Assembly: GCA_037379345.1 (NCBI GenBank)
Contig: CM074522.1
Location: 310,001-374,000, forward strand
Origin: Perna viridis
Lineage: Eukaryota
DNA length: 64,000 nucleotides
Direction of reading: 5' to 3'
Part shown: piece by piece, positions 51,491 through 64,000 of the stretch
Position numbering within the stretch: the first letter of the stretch is position 1
Layout: each line of letters starts with the position of its first letter
The notes under the pieces: generated by a model
What the model was told of the DNA's origin: nothing
What the model saw: the letters and a program-made list of their open reading frames with translations, nothing else
The model's database searches: none
Made by a program: the position numbers and the translations under genes

Positions 51491-53324
51491 GTAAGCTTAT
51501 GGTTTCCTGTTGTTGTTTTTATAATGGGAAAAGATAATTTTCAAAAGATAATAAAAATCTGAAGATTTTACATGATTTTCCCTGATGAAAATGTTACTAA
51601 TTGCAAATTGGAAATTGATTTTGGCTTCAAATGGCCATAGAATAAATGTTGATGTGATTTAGTTGTTATATTTGGATCTGTAGGTGTAAAGTACAAACTA
51701 TCCAAATATTGGTCAGATATTTTTGATTTTATAGGTATATTTCTGGTAGATCCTCTTATATTGTATTGGATTAAGGTTTATTTGTTAGCTGTTTAACCCT
51801 GATAGTCCTTTTTTTTTTGAAATTTTTTATGCATTGTGCATTGTGGTATTTACAAAATAGTGTTCATCCTCCTGTTACTAGAATGTTTTTACTACTGGCC
51901 GATCTTTTAAAAGTATTACATATTGGGGGACCAAACAATGAGGGAATGTATTTACCTTTAATCCAGCTGATTGTTGTAGGAAGGCCAAACAAATTGTGGT
52001 GGAGTAATGGTTTGTTATCACCTAAAGACACTAGTGGTTTTCATGTGGTGGTGAAGTAATGGTTTGTTATCACCTAAAGACACTAGTGGTTTTCATGTGA
52101 TAACTTGATAATTAGTAGGTTGGCAGGTTTATGACAAGGCTCCAAACTACAAAAGGATTTAGGGTTTATATAACCCCAATTGAAAAAAAGGAGGGTATAT
52201 ATCTTTAGTAAGAGCATATGAATGGTATGATATTGTTCCAAAATATACTACTATGGTCATGATCAGACTGGGATAGATTTTGGGGATTAAGACTTTGAAC
52301 ATTTCAGAAATTGGGGACCTAAAGGAGGCCAGAAACATGCACTTTCCTGATGTCCAGACAATGACTTGACTATTAAGTGAATTGATCTCTCTGAAATTGT
52401 ATTCCAACATATAATACCACAAAAGGAAGGCTGTGTCATTGGTTTGGAGGTATTGACTGGAATTATTTAGAAATAAGGGGTCAAAAATTTACCACTTTCA
52501 TTCTGGTCAGATTCTTATCCTGTGTCAAATATCTAAATGTAATCAAAGTTCAAATCTATATCAAGTTTAATTGGTGTGTCTATACCTACTCCAACTGTTT
52601 GCGGATGTATCAAGTTGTCCTTGCAAAGTATTTTATCATCCATATGCTTTAAGATTCTCTGAAAATTAAGGACTTGTTGTTAGCATGTTTTGATATTCTT
52701 AGCATGACAATTGACATAACATGCAACCATTAATTTAGTAATTATTGCTTAGAACTTTTTCTAACATTTGTAGATGGTTATCAAAGGAATAAGTAACTCT
52801 TGAGATATTTCCTCCTAGGAATCCATACACAGCCATGAAATAAAGGCTTGAACCTTCACAGCATTAACCCTTATATACAAAGGAAATATAGATTAATAAT
52901 ACCTATGGTCCTATGATTATAGGAGTTAATTGGAAGCTTGAATAACCAAAGTAAGATCATGAAAGCATAAGATATGATGAGTGGGCAGAACACATTCCTT
53001 CTAAAGTGAAATTATTTAGGGGTAACAGTCTGTATGGTTATTTTTTTGGTAAAAGATCACTATTTTTTTTATCCAATTTATTTGAGCAATGTTTCCCATC
53101 AGTAGGTGTTGGAGGAATCAATGATTAGCTTATTTGCCCATTGTTCTTTTCTTTATTTTAATGCCCCACCCGCCAAAAAATTGCCTAAAAAATGTTTGCA
53201 ATTGCAATTAATCATTACTTAAAAGTTCTTATTCTTTACTTTTCCTTTGCCCCTTTTCTATGGTGATCAAAGTTAATCACTAGAATTATAGGGGACTGCA
53301 GGACCAGGCTCCACAGAACATAAT

Positions 53325-53820
53325 AAGGATCTAAAAACTTGTCTTCTTGACTACATGTCTTAGTTTCCAAATAAGACAGGTTGTAAAAACTTGTCTTCTT
53401 GACTAGCCGTTTTAGTTTCCAAATAAGGCAAGCTCTAAAAATTTTTCTTTTTGGCTAGATGTCTTAGTTTCCAAATAAGGCAAGCTCTAAAAAATTTTCT
53501 TTTTGACTAGACGTCTTAGTTTACAAATAAGGCATGTTCTAAAAAGTTTTCTTTTTGACTAGACGTCTTAGTTTCCAAATAAGGCAAGCTCTAAAAATTT
53601 TTCTTTTTGACTAGCTGTCATAGTTTCTAAACAAGGCATGTTCTAAAAACTTGTCTTGAAAACCTGACTGGCCTGCTTTTCTTTAAAATAAGGCTTACTC
53701 TAAAAACTTGGCTTCCAGTTCTAAATAAGCAAAGCTCTAAAAACTTGTCATTCTGACTTGTCTGTTTCCAAACACAGCTAACTCTAAGAACTTTTCTTCC
53801 AGACTGACCTAATTTGTTCC
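53325..53820. repeat. ~52-bp minisatellite
   Basis: ctaaaaa..ttgactagatgtcttagtttccaaataaggcaagct. Confidence 0.9.
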
Positions 53821-55869
53821 TCAAACATATAATAAAGATACATTATCCAATGAATATTCAGATACTGAATTTCAGTATTTACTGTTTTTAGATTCCAATT
53901 CTATTGGAAGTTGCTAGGAGTTTTGACATTGTAATAAGAATAAAGGTTGACTCTTGCTGCAGGAACTTTTGTATTACAGCAATAACCTGGTACCCTAACA
54001 ACTTTAAATCTTGATAATAGATAAGTCCATTTATTTGAGAACTTGTCCATTCTTGTTGTTAACAGGTATTGAGGTTAATTTCTTGATGTTTTCCCTGGTT
54101 TTGACTTCTCATGTGATTAATTAGTATTATATTTAAACTGGGTAAAAGTGTTTATAGTCAACCTTATCAGATCAGGAGATATTCTGGGTGGTCAGTGGGA
54201 TTAAATTGGCTCAAGTATTTTTCTTTATTGATATGATAAAGTTGTTGTATTTACGTGATAAAGTAATGAAATTTTTGATAGATGTTCATAGAAGTGATGT
54301 TTATATCATTTTGTTTATTTACCAACAAACTCTCTCACCATTCACTGTAGGGATAAAGGAATCATTCTGCTGCAGAACAATAGAAACAACACCAAATGGA
54401 GGAAGTGAAAACAAATTTGTTGCCGATTTGTTAGAAATATTATCCAACTTATGTTTACTGTTAGTCAACATATGACTTGTTTGGACAGAATTTAGTACCG
54501 TAGTGGTCAATATGTGGATTATTTGTTCAGATCATTTGAGCGTTTTGATGAATCAATAAATATTATTAGGTTAATAAGACTATAGGAGAGCTAATTATTA
54601 CTGGAAGGTAACAGTCAATGATCATAGCAAGGATGTAATGTTCTAGAAAGTGTAAGTTATCTACTATAAAACTAATTGCATTTTAAAATTTTACTTGATG
54701 GGTTGTAATGTAAGTATATAGTTGTTTGTTATGAAAAAAATTAATTGATCTTTCAAATTACTTTCTAAATTTAAAAACTATGTAAGTGATCAAGATGATA
54801 AAAGTTTTTAATGTTAGAAAATTATTTCTGTCCGATTTAATTGAAAGAAGAATTGAATTGCTTTTCTTGTTGGTCTTTCTTTTTAATATAATTTGAATGA
54901 AAACTGGATAAGGTAGTTTTATGTTTGGGTTTAAATTTTTGAGAAATATTTATCTCTGGAAACATTAATGAAAAATATGGTATTGGTTTGGAACAGTTAG
55001 CCATTGTTTACATGACTATGCTGTCAGAAGAGTTATAGGATCATTTTGGCAAGTTCTTAGATTTCTTCATTTTCTGTGAAAATCATTGTGCTAGACACAA
55101 ACGGTCAGATACTGCTGATGTTCCTGTATTTTTTGCCAATATTTATATATCTGTATAATTTGTTAATAATACTGAATGCTCTATAGCCTTCTGTGATATT
55201 TGATTATACAGATACCTAAAAACTTTTAACAACTGTTTTTTTTTTTACCATGGTCCATTTATAAGCTTTACTTTTACTACATTTTCATTGAAAGATAATG
55301 ATAATGTATAAGTATGTCATGTATGTACATGGTTTTATTTATATAGATTTTACAGAAAAGTTTCAGTGAGCTAATAAAAACTTAGATTTGACCTTAGTAA
55401 GAGATATATTGAGATCAAGATTTGACATTAGTAAGAGATATATAGAGATCAAAATAATCTCTGCCTCTGTTGTGATGGTTCTACTTACTTTTTATCATTT
55501 AAACCACATTCCTATTCTGCACTTTTCAAAACACCTTTATTTTGTGAAAGTAGTTTAATATTTTGTGGTTTGTTCGAACTGTCAGTTTGTCAAGTTTTAA
55601 ATATGTTTAAAATACATAGAACCTCTAAGCATGTTGTTTGTAAACTTTAATTCATGGTTTAATTGAACCAGAAAAATCATGACAACAGTGAAAATTGTAG
55701 GTTCTTTATGAAACCTAATTATTCCACAGAATGGTGCTAAAGTATAGTGATATGTGAGTGATCCTGGTTTTGTAAAAAATCAAGTACCTAACACCAGACA
55801 GTTAAGAGATATACATACATGTACTTGTATCAATCAAACAGTAAAATGAACTATTTAAAGTCTGTGTTT

Positions 55870-56030
55870 ATTATCAAGTTATTGCAGAGACCTTATGAAG
55901 CCTCCTGGTCCCCTACATTGTATATCAAGTTATTACAGAGACGTTATAAAGCCTCATGGTCCTCTTTATTGTATATCGAGTTATTACAGAGATGTTATAA
56001 AGCCTCCTGGTCCTCTACATTGTATATCAA
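55870..56030. repeat. 54-bp tandem repeat x3
   Basis: tatcaagttattacagaga..ttataaagcctcctggtcctctacattgta. Confidence 0.85.
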
Positions 56031-57087
56031 TTTGCTCATAAAATTAAGATCCTGACATTATCCTCTTTCTACTTGGTTAGATCTATCCCTACTTTGTTGA
56101 TAAATGTTTTAGTTGCTTTACTTTGAGTCAATTAAAAACAGATTTTTATTCAATTTGGCCTTATGTAAAACATTATATTATGGTAGAAATATTGATGAAA
56201 CAGTTTATGATACAGGGTTTTCCATGTAAGGTCAGAAAATCAATGCTTTGTAGCAAGTTAATAGCTTGGAGTACTTTACATGGGATAGGTTATTCGTTAA
56301 TAATTAAAATTTTATCTATTATGTTTTAATAGGAAGGTTTGGAGTTCTATTGTTCGTAGAAATCAATGGTATTCTGTTCTTTTTTGTAATGTTTTTTTAT
56401 TTATTTTGAAGACTTTGATATAGTGCATTCTACTATTCTGCTTATTCATGTAGATGAAAGGTCATAAGTCAAGGTGATATATCTGAGGTGGATTTTTTCT
56501 TAGCTGTAAAATGTATTATCAGTCTAAAATTGATGATTTAGGAATGTTGAGGTTGCCCAGTGTACCACAGCTTGGGTAATTTTGATTTATTGTTGATATT
56601 CAATAAAATATTATATAAATGGTATATGAAGATACCCTGAAAAATTCATATAAACAGAGTCAGTTTTTAAATTGGTAATTTTGACCTACTTTAGAAGGAG
56701 TATCATACATGCATTCCCTATTGGACTGCAAAAAAATATCTTACTTTTATTCCCAAGTTTTCTTTCATTGAAGCAGTTATCATTTTTATTGAGTGAAAAG
56801 AGCTTTTTTCCTACTGATGACAGAATACTTAACATGCCGAACAGTATAATATGTCTGATGTACAATATAATTATTTTAGTTAAAAAAATGTGATTTGTCC
56901 ACAGAAGTCATTACTGAATATTTTCAAGAAAGAAAAGATAACTGTAAATGGGAGATAACACACAAGAAGATATATGTAAAATGTCTTTTGGTCCAACTTT
57001 ATTTTGAGATAATAAAGTAAACTATAAATCAGCTTCTTCTAAGTCTATTTGGCAAAGTATTCGTTACAAATTTAGAAAAAAAAGTTG

Positions 57088-59920
57088 TACTGGACAGACA
57101 CAAAACTCCAACTGATACTGAAGAGACACTAAATTCCAACTGATACTGGACAGACGCTAAATTTCAACTGATACTGGACAGACACTTAATTTCAACTGAT
57201 AATGGACAGACACTAAATTCTAACTGATACTGAACAGACACTTAATTTCAATTGATACTGGACAGACACTTAATATCAACTGATATTGGAGAGACATTTA
57301 ATTACAACTGATACTGGACAGACACTTAAATTCAACTGATAATGGACAGACACTAAATATCAACTGGTACTGGACAGACACTTAATTTCAACTGATACTG
57401 GACAGACACTTAATTTCAGCTGATACTGGACAGACACTAAATTCTAACTGATACTGAACAGACACTTAATTTCAACTGATACTGGACAGACACTTAATAT
57501 CAACTGGTACTGGACAGACACTTAATTTCAACTGATACTGGACAGACACTTAATTTCAACTGATACTGGACAGACACTAAATTCCAACTGATATTGGAGA
57601 GACACTAAATTTCAACTGATACTGGACAGACACTTAATTTCAACTGATACTGGACAAACACTTAATTCTAACTGATACTGGACAGACACTTAATTTCAAC
57701 TGATACTGGACAGACACTAAATTTCAACTGATACAGGACAGACACCTAATTTCAACTGATACTGAACAGACACTTAATTTCAACTGATACTGGACAGACA
57801 CTTAATTTCAACTAATACTGGGCAGACATTAAATTCCAACTGATAATGGACAGACACTAAATTCTAACTAATACTGGACAGACACTAAATTTCAACTGAT
57901 ACTGGACAGACACTTAATTTCAACTGATACCGGACACACATATAATTCCAACTGATACTGGACAGATACTTAATTTCAACTGATACTAGACAGACACTAA
58001 ATTTCAACTGATACAGGACAGACACCTAATTTCAACTGATACTGGACAGACACTTAATTTCAACTGATACTGGACGGACACTTAATTTCAACTAATACTG
58101 GGCAGACATTAAATTCCAACTGATACTGGACAGACACTAAATTTCAACTGATACAGGACAGACACCTAATTTCAACTGATACTGGATGGACACTTAATTT
58201 CAACTACAACTGGACAGACACTTAGTTTCAACTAATACCGGGCAGACATTAAATTCTAACTAATACTGGACAGACACTAAATTTCAACTGATACAGGACA
58301 GACACCTAATTTCAACTGATACTGGATGGACACTTAATTTCAACTAATACTGGACAGACACTTAGTTTCAACTGATACTGGACAGACACTTAATTTCAAC
58401 TGATACTGGACGGACACTTAATTTCAACTGATACTGGACGGACACTTAATTTCAACTGATACTGGACAGACACTTAATTTTAACTGATACTGGACAGACA
58501 CTAAACTTCAACTAATAATGGACAGACACTAAATTCTAACTGATACTGGACAGACACTTAATTTCAACTGATAGTGGACAGACGCTTAATTTCAACTGAT
58601 GCTGGATGGACACTTAATTTCAGCTAATACTGGACAGACATTAAAATCCAACTGATACTGGACAGACACTAAATTTAAACTGATACTGGACACACACTAA
58701 ATTTCAACTAATACCAGACAGACATTAAATTCCAACTGATACTGGAGGGACACTAAATTCCAACTGATACTGGACAGACACTAAATTTCAACTGATACTG
58801 GACAGACATTTAATTGCAACTGATACTGGACAAACACTTAATTCTAACTGATACTGGACAGACACTTAATTTCAACTGATACTGGACAGACACCATATTC
58901 CAACTGATACTGGACAGACAAAAAATTTAATCTGATTCTGAATAGACAACTAATTTCAACTGATACTGGACAGACGTTACATTCTAATTGATACTGCACA
59001 GACACTAAATTGAACTGATACTTGACAGACACTTAATTTCAACTGATAATGGACAGACACTAAATTTCAACTGATAATGGACAGACACTAAATTTCAACT
59101 GATACTGAACAGACACTTAATTTCAACTGATACTGGACAGACCCTAAATTTCAACTGATAATGGACAGACACTAAATTCTAACTAATACTGGACAGACAC
59201 TTAGTTTCAACTGATACTGAACAGACACTTAATTTCAACTGATACCGGACACACATTAAATTCCAACTGATACTGGACAGACACTTAATTTCAACTGATA
59301 CTAGACAGACACTAAATTTCAACTAATACTGGGCAGACATTAAATTCCAACTGATACTGGATGGACACTAAATTCCAACTGATACTGGACAGACACTTAA
59401 TTTCAACTGATACAGGACAGACACATAATTTCAACTGATACTGGATGGACACTTAATTTCAACTAATACTGGACAGACACTTAGTTTCAACTGATACTGG
59501 ACGGACACTTAATTTCAACTGATACTGGACAGACATTAAATTCCAACTGATGCTGGACAGACACTTAATTTTAACTGATACTGGACAGACACTAAACTTC
59601 AACTGATAATGGACAGACACTAAATTCTAACTGATACTGGACAGACACTTAATTTCAACTGATAGTGGACAGACATTAAATTCCAACTGATACTGGACAG
59701 ACACTTAATTCCAACTGATACTGGACACACACTAAATTTCAACTAATACCAGACAGACATTAAATTCCAACTGATACTGGCGGGACATTAAATTCCAACT
59801 GTTACTGGACAGACACTAAATTTCAACTGATACTGGACAGACACTTAAATTCCAACTGATACTGGACAGACACTAAATTTCAACTGATACTGGACAGACA
59901 CTTAAATTCCAACCAATACT
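57088..59920. repeat. 28-bp minisatellite, ~100 copies
   Basis: gatactggacagacacttaatttcaact. Confidence 0.98.
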
Positions 59921-59940
59921 TGAATGTCTTGTAAGAACAG

Positions 59941-59994
59941 CAGTTACATTAATTACTCAGTTACATTAATTACTCAGTTACATTAATTACTCAG
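59941..59994. repeat. 17-bp perfect triple repeat
   Basis: cagttacattaattact x3. Confidence 0.9.
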
Positions 59995-62900
59995 ATTGAA
60001 GTATATTAGAAACTTTAAAATCTGTGGGATGCTTGACAAAAAATGTATACTCAATATAATTATTTTAGAATGGAACCTGAAGTGCAAGTTTCAAGGTTTA
60101 TTTAATGAAGTTTTTATTATAAATTGATTCATGATTCTAATTTTGACACTTATCATTAAAAGGCTTGAGGTACAGACCCAATAAATTGAGTCATAGCTTG
60201 AAAAAATGAATGTCAATATATATATGGCCAATTACACTGAATATTGTACACCGTCCTCTTGAACAGGTCAATGTATTGTTTGGAATTTAAATACTCTCCA
60301 AGTTCTTAAGATGCTCAGAAAGGGTTTTTTTTCACTAGACAATCTTTTCCTTTTTTTAATTTCCATTTTGAATAGTAACAGATGGGAATTTTTAATTGAT
60401 TTTCTGCCGACTTTCTTGGCTACCAAGGTATTCCATGTTTTATCTTTGTCTTAATGTTTATCATAATTGTTTTGTGATTGCATAATCATTCTCCTGATAG
60501 CAGCTAAATGGAGAAATTTGCTCTTTGAAAGCTTAGACTGGATGTTGTATGTTAAACAATTATGTAAATATTACATCAATTAGGATTACTTAGTTTTAGG
60601 AGAGAATTTGCTGGAGTACTGTTATTCTAGACTTCTGATTTTATTAGAGTTTATTCAAGTACTGTTACTTAAGAATTTGAGTATGATAGAGAGCAGTTGT
60701 TTAAAAATTTTAGCCACTCAACATAGACAAAACAAGACTCCCTGTCTGCAAGTAGGAATGATCATATGTCCATATTTACACTGATTAGAAATGTGGTGTT
60801 GATGATGATGACATCATAACTGCCGATCTCTGGTCATGGTCCAGAAGCTTCTATTTACCAATATTTCCACTTGTGGAATTCAACCTTTGCTTCTGCAGAC
60901 ATGAAATGGTATTAATTATCTAGTGTTAATATAAGTTTATGTTTTTCCTTTTGTGTTGGTTAAATTGTTTTCTCTGGTTTCTTTAGGAATTGCGTAAATA
61001 CAAGCCCTAATAGATCAATTAAGTTCCACTGAATGACAGCACAGCCTTTAGAATTATGCAACGAGTCGAACAAGTACATAGCGCTTTCCAAGGGGATATT
61101 GACTTTTCCAGGTCTCCCACATATTACAGTTTGCTATTATTCGCTGTCGGCAATTTTCTCTCTCTTACCCGTCATATTTAATGTTTTACTGTCTGGCAAG
61201 TTTGACTTCTTAATAAGTTAAGACATGTTTTTATCCCAGGATGTAAAGCTATACTTATAGACTAAAATATGAAACTTGTTACATCTTCACTTCAGTCTAG
61301 GAAGTGTTTACAAATATACATATAACAGAGTTCTAAAAATACTGATTCTGAAAAAGTTGGAATAAAGACAGTATATTTTTGGATTTACTGAAATGTAATG
61401 TGTGTTTTGCCAGAAAATGGCTGCATTTTCACCAGAGGAAGGTTAGTAATGTTATAGTTTATACTTCAGTCTCTGTCTGTCTGATATTCTTTTGAACATT
61501 GTCCAGATCACAAAATATCTAATATGAGCAATTATGATCTTTTTAACTTTTGTTTTCCACACTTCAGATTTTTATCAGACATATGTGATACAATATGGCT
61601 GGATGTTTCCATCAGATACTGTTCATGACTAGGAACAGCATTGGACAAACTGTCCTATAAGTGATTAACCTTAAACTTGTTGAAGAGTGCATCTGTCATA
61701 TTTAGAAGGATTATTCCCCTTGGCAACATAAATCAGCTGATTTTATCCTTATTTAATAAAATGATCATATTTTTCCCTGAGGCCAGTTTATGTACATTCA
61801 TATTTATTTGTCAACAAATGAGACAAATTCATTAAATAACTTGCAGTTGGGACTTTATGTAGCACCAATGTACTACTGCTATGGAGAGTTGGCCCACCTG
61901 TTTATGTAGCACCAATGTACTACTGCTATGGAGAGTTGGCCCACTTGTTTATGGATTTTGTAGTGTTGTTTATCCATGTGACTTTGATGTTCTAGCTATA
62001 TGATATTGTAAGTTGTATACAGAGTTTGATAGTTGAGAGGTTGTACAGAGATATTAATTAATTGTAACAGTTTTGAATTGATTATCATAAACATATCAGT
62101 TTCAGGGGATTCTAAAAAAAATTAACATATATGTAAGTATTTTTGCAGGTATTACATTATATGGTAAAAAGAATTAGTAAGTGTTTCTTAGTGTAGAAGA
62201 CCAATTTCCTGGGTTACCTGCATTTGTACTTTTCTTGCTTATTTGTCCTGTGAAAATAGCAAAAATTAGTACACTACAATAGTTATTACGTTCACTGGAT
62301 ACAAACCAACAAACGGCTTGTTAGTTTTACCAACTAAAGTCAGTTAACATATTCTACATTTAAAATTCAATCAATCAAAAGTATGGAAATTCTTACCTTC
62401 TGGTGAGGACTTTCCTTTATGGCTACTGTCAAGTGTAATAACAGGATAGCTGGTCCAAACTAAAGATCTTATACAATGTATTCCAAATGATATGTTACAA
62501 GGCAGCTGGTATTTAACAAGAGGAGGTTTCAGTATACTTGTTCAGGATTTGTACACCAAATGTATAAAGCTATAACTTTACTACAACAGGTTGTCATTTG
62601 TGGCTGGTTGTAAGTACTACATGTACATGTATTTAATCAGAGTTATTTTCACTGTTGTGGTCTCTAACACAAGAATATAACCTCACTGTCTGTGCATGTT
62701 GGTTTGTGGGCACTTATAATCCATTTAGTTTTTGCTGGTGATTCAGGTAGGTAGAGAATAGATTCTATTTCAAGAAAAACTGAATAAAAGTTCATCTACT
62801 TAACTTTTTTTTTCTTTCTTCCTTGTACATGTAGATACAACTTACTAACAAGAGTCTTTTAGATAAGTAGTCTATGGAGAAACCTTCCAAAATACCTTTG

Positions 62901-64000
62901 GCATCTGATCATATTTCATACATACTGGTTATGCCCTTGCCCCTACATGTAAATTGGCCATATAAAGTTTTACCAGTGTCCTTCTGTCCTTCTTTTTATT
63001 AAACAACAAACTTCTTACTTTTTTCCAGGTTCTTTCAAATATTGAACTGAATTTTTTTAAACTTATTTACATTTCCTTAGCATGCATGTTTTTAATATCT
63101 GGTATTGGAACTCTATTTTCCAAAGCAATTTCTATATTATAGTAGATTGTATTGATCTGAGTTCATTTGATCAGCTCTGTGTTTGTTTTGCTGTCTCAGT
63201 AACAGTACTGAATAGGAAACTTTAATACCATGATTTATTAATGGCATAAAGGTTCCATGGACTGAATGTTTTTTCTATAGATTATGGAGGTTGTGGCAGG
63301 GTTGTTTGTGGGTGCTTGGGTACTTACACAATCATATTAGGGTGATTTGTTAATGATTTTACAAACTTTAGAAGAATCCTAGCCTGTGCTTTTAAGTTCA
63401 CACAGCTTAAAGTAAAAAAAAAATAGTTAAAGCTGGACCCAGCTTCTGTACATTAAGTGAAATTTATTTGATTTTATTAGTAAAAATATTACCTACAAAA
63501 TGTGTCATTTAGGCTAGTAATAAAAAAAATTGTGCAATGACTGTTTGATCCCTTCTTGAGGAGATTAAATTTGGGACCTAGAAATTACTTTCTTAATAAA
63601 CATATATTTACATTTTGTTGACTATGCAATTTATGGTTTAGGCTAGACCATGACTCCCATGAAAATTGTCGACATTCAGTCTGTATAACTGTATCTGTTT
63701 TGGTACCTTCTGACAAGTATACTTCACATTCAATAGGCGTATCACTATTGATACCAATATTCAATAGGTGTATCACTATACCAACATTGTTACCCTTTCT
63801 GACAAGTATACATCATGCAGAATCCAGTGACAACAGAAATTTTCTCAACTTTCAATAGGTGTATCACTATATCAGCATTTCCTAATGGAGGAAGTAAGAT
63901 ATGAACGTAAACAATTAGTTATACATTGGTTTCCTTCCTAACAGGAAAACTGACTTTATACTGATATATAACAGGACATAGACCTCTGGTTTACAATTAG

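Noticed and set aside
54319-54510. Minus-strand ORF as a possible exon
   Set aside because: No family motif, weak splice sites and no partner exons

Overview
AT-rich, intron- and repeat-dominated eukaryotic DNA. The repeat families (Helentron-type HINEs, Penelope-like 3' ends, tRNA-SINE) suggest a bivalve mollusc, probably mytilid-like (inference). None of the supplied ORFs is a real complete gene. Reading splice sites by hand gives one complete four-coding-exon gene on the + strand (10807-14032). It encodes a 144-aa secreted, single-domain TIMP/NTR-fold protein with atypical N-terminal features, and its first coding splice donor is amplified into an intronic minisatellite. A second, very long + strand transcription unit appears to start near 19.2 kb: promoter-like motifs, a strong donor at 19469, and sharp CpG depletion downstream. 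Only apparently non-coding exon candidates of it lie in the window. The rest consists of a decayed LINE RT interrupted by a Harbinger-type MITE, a CR1 remnant, several Penelope-like RT/3'UTR remnants with a conserved RNA stem, HINE and MITE elements, and about 18 unrelated minisatellites. A pervasive TACATGTA octamer appears as short insertions at TA sites, consistent with Tc1/mariner excision scars. All of this was read by eye, so repeat boundaries are approximate.
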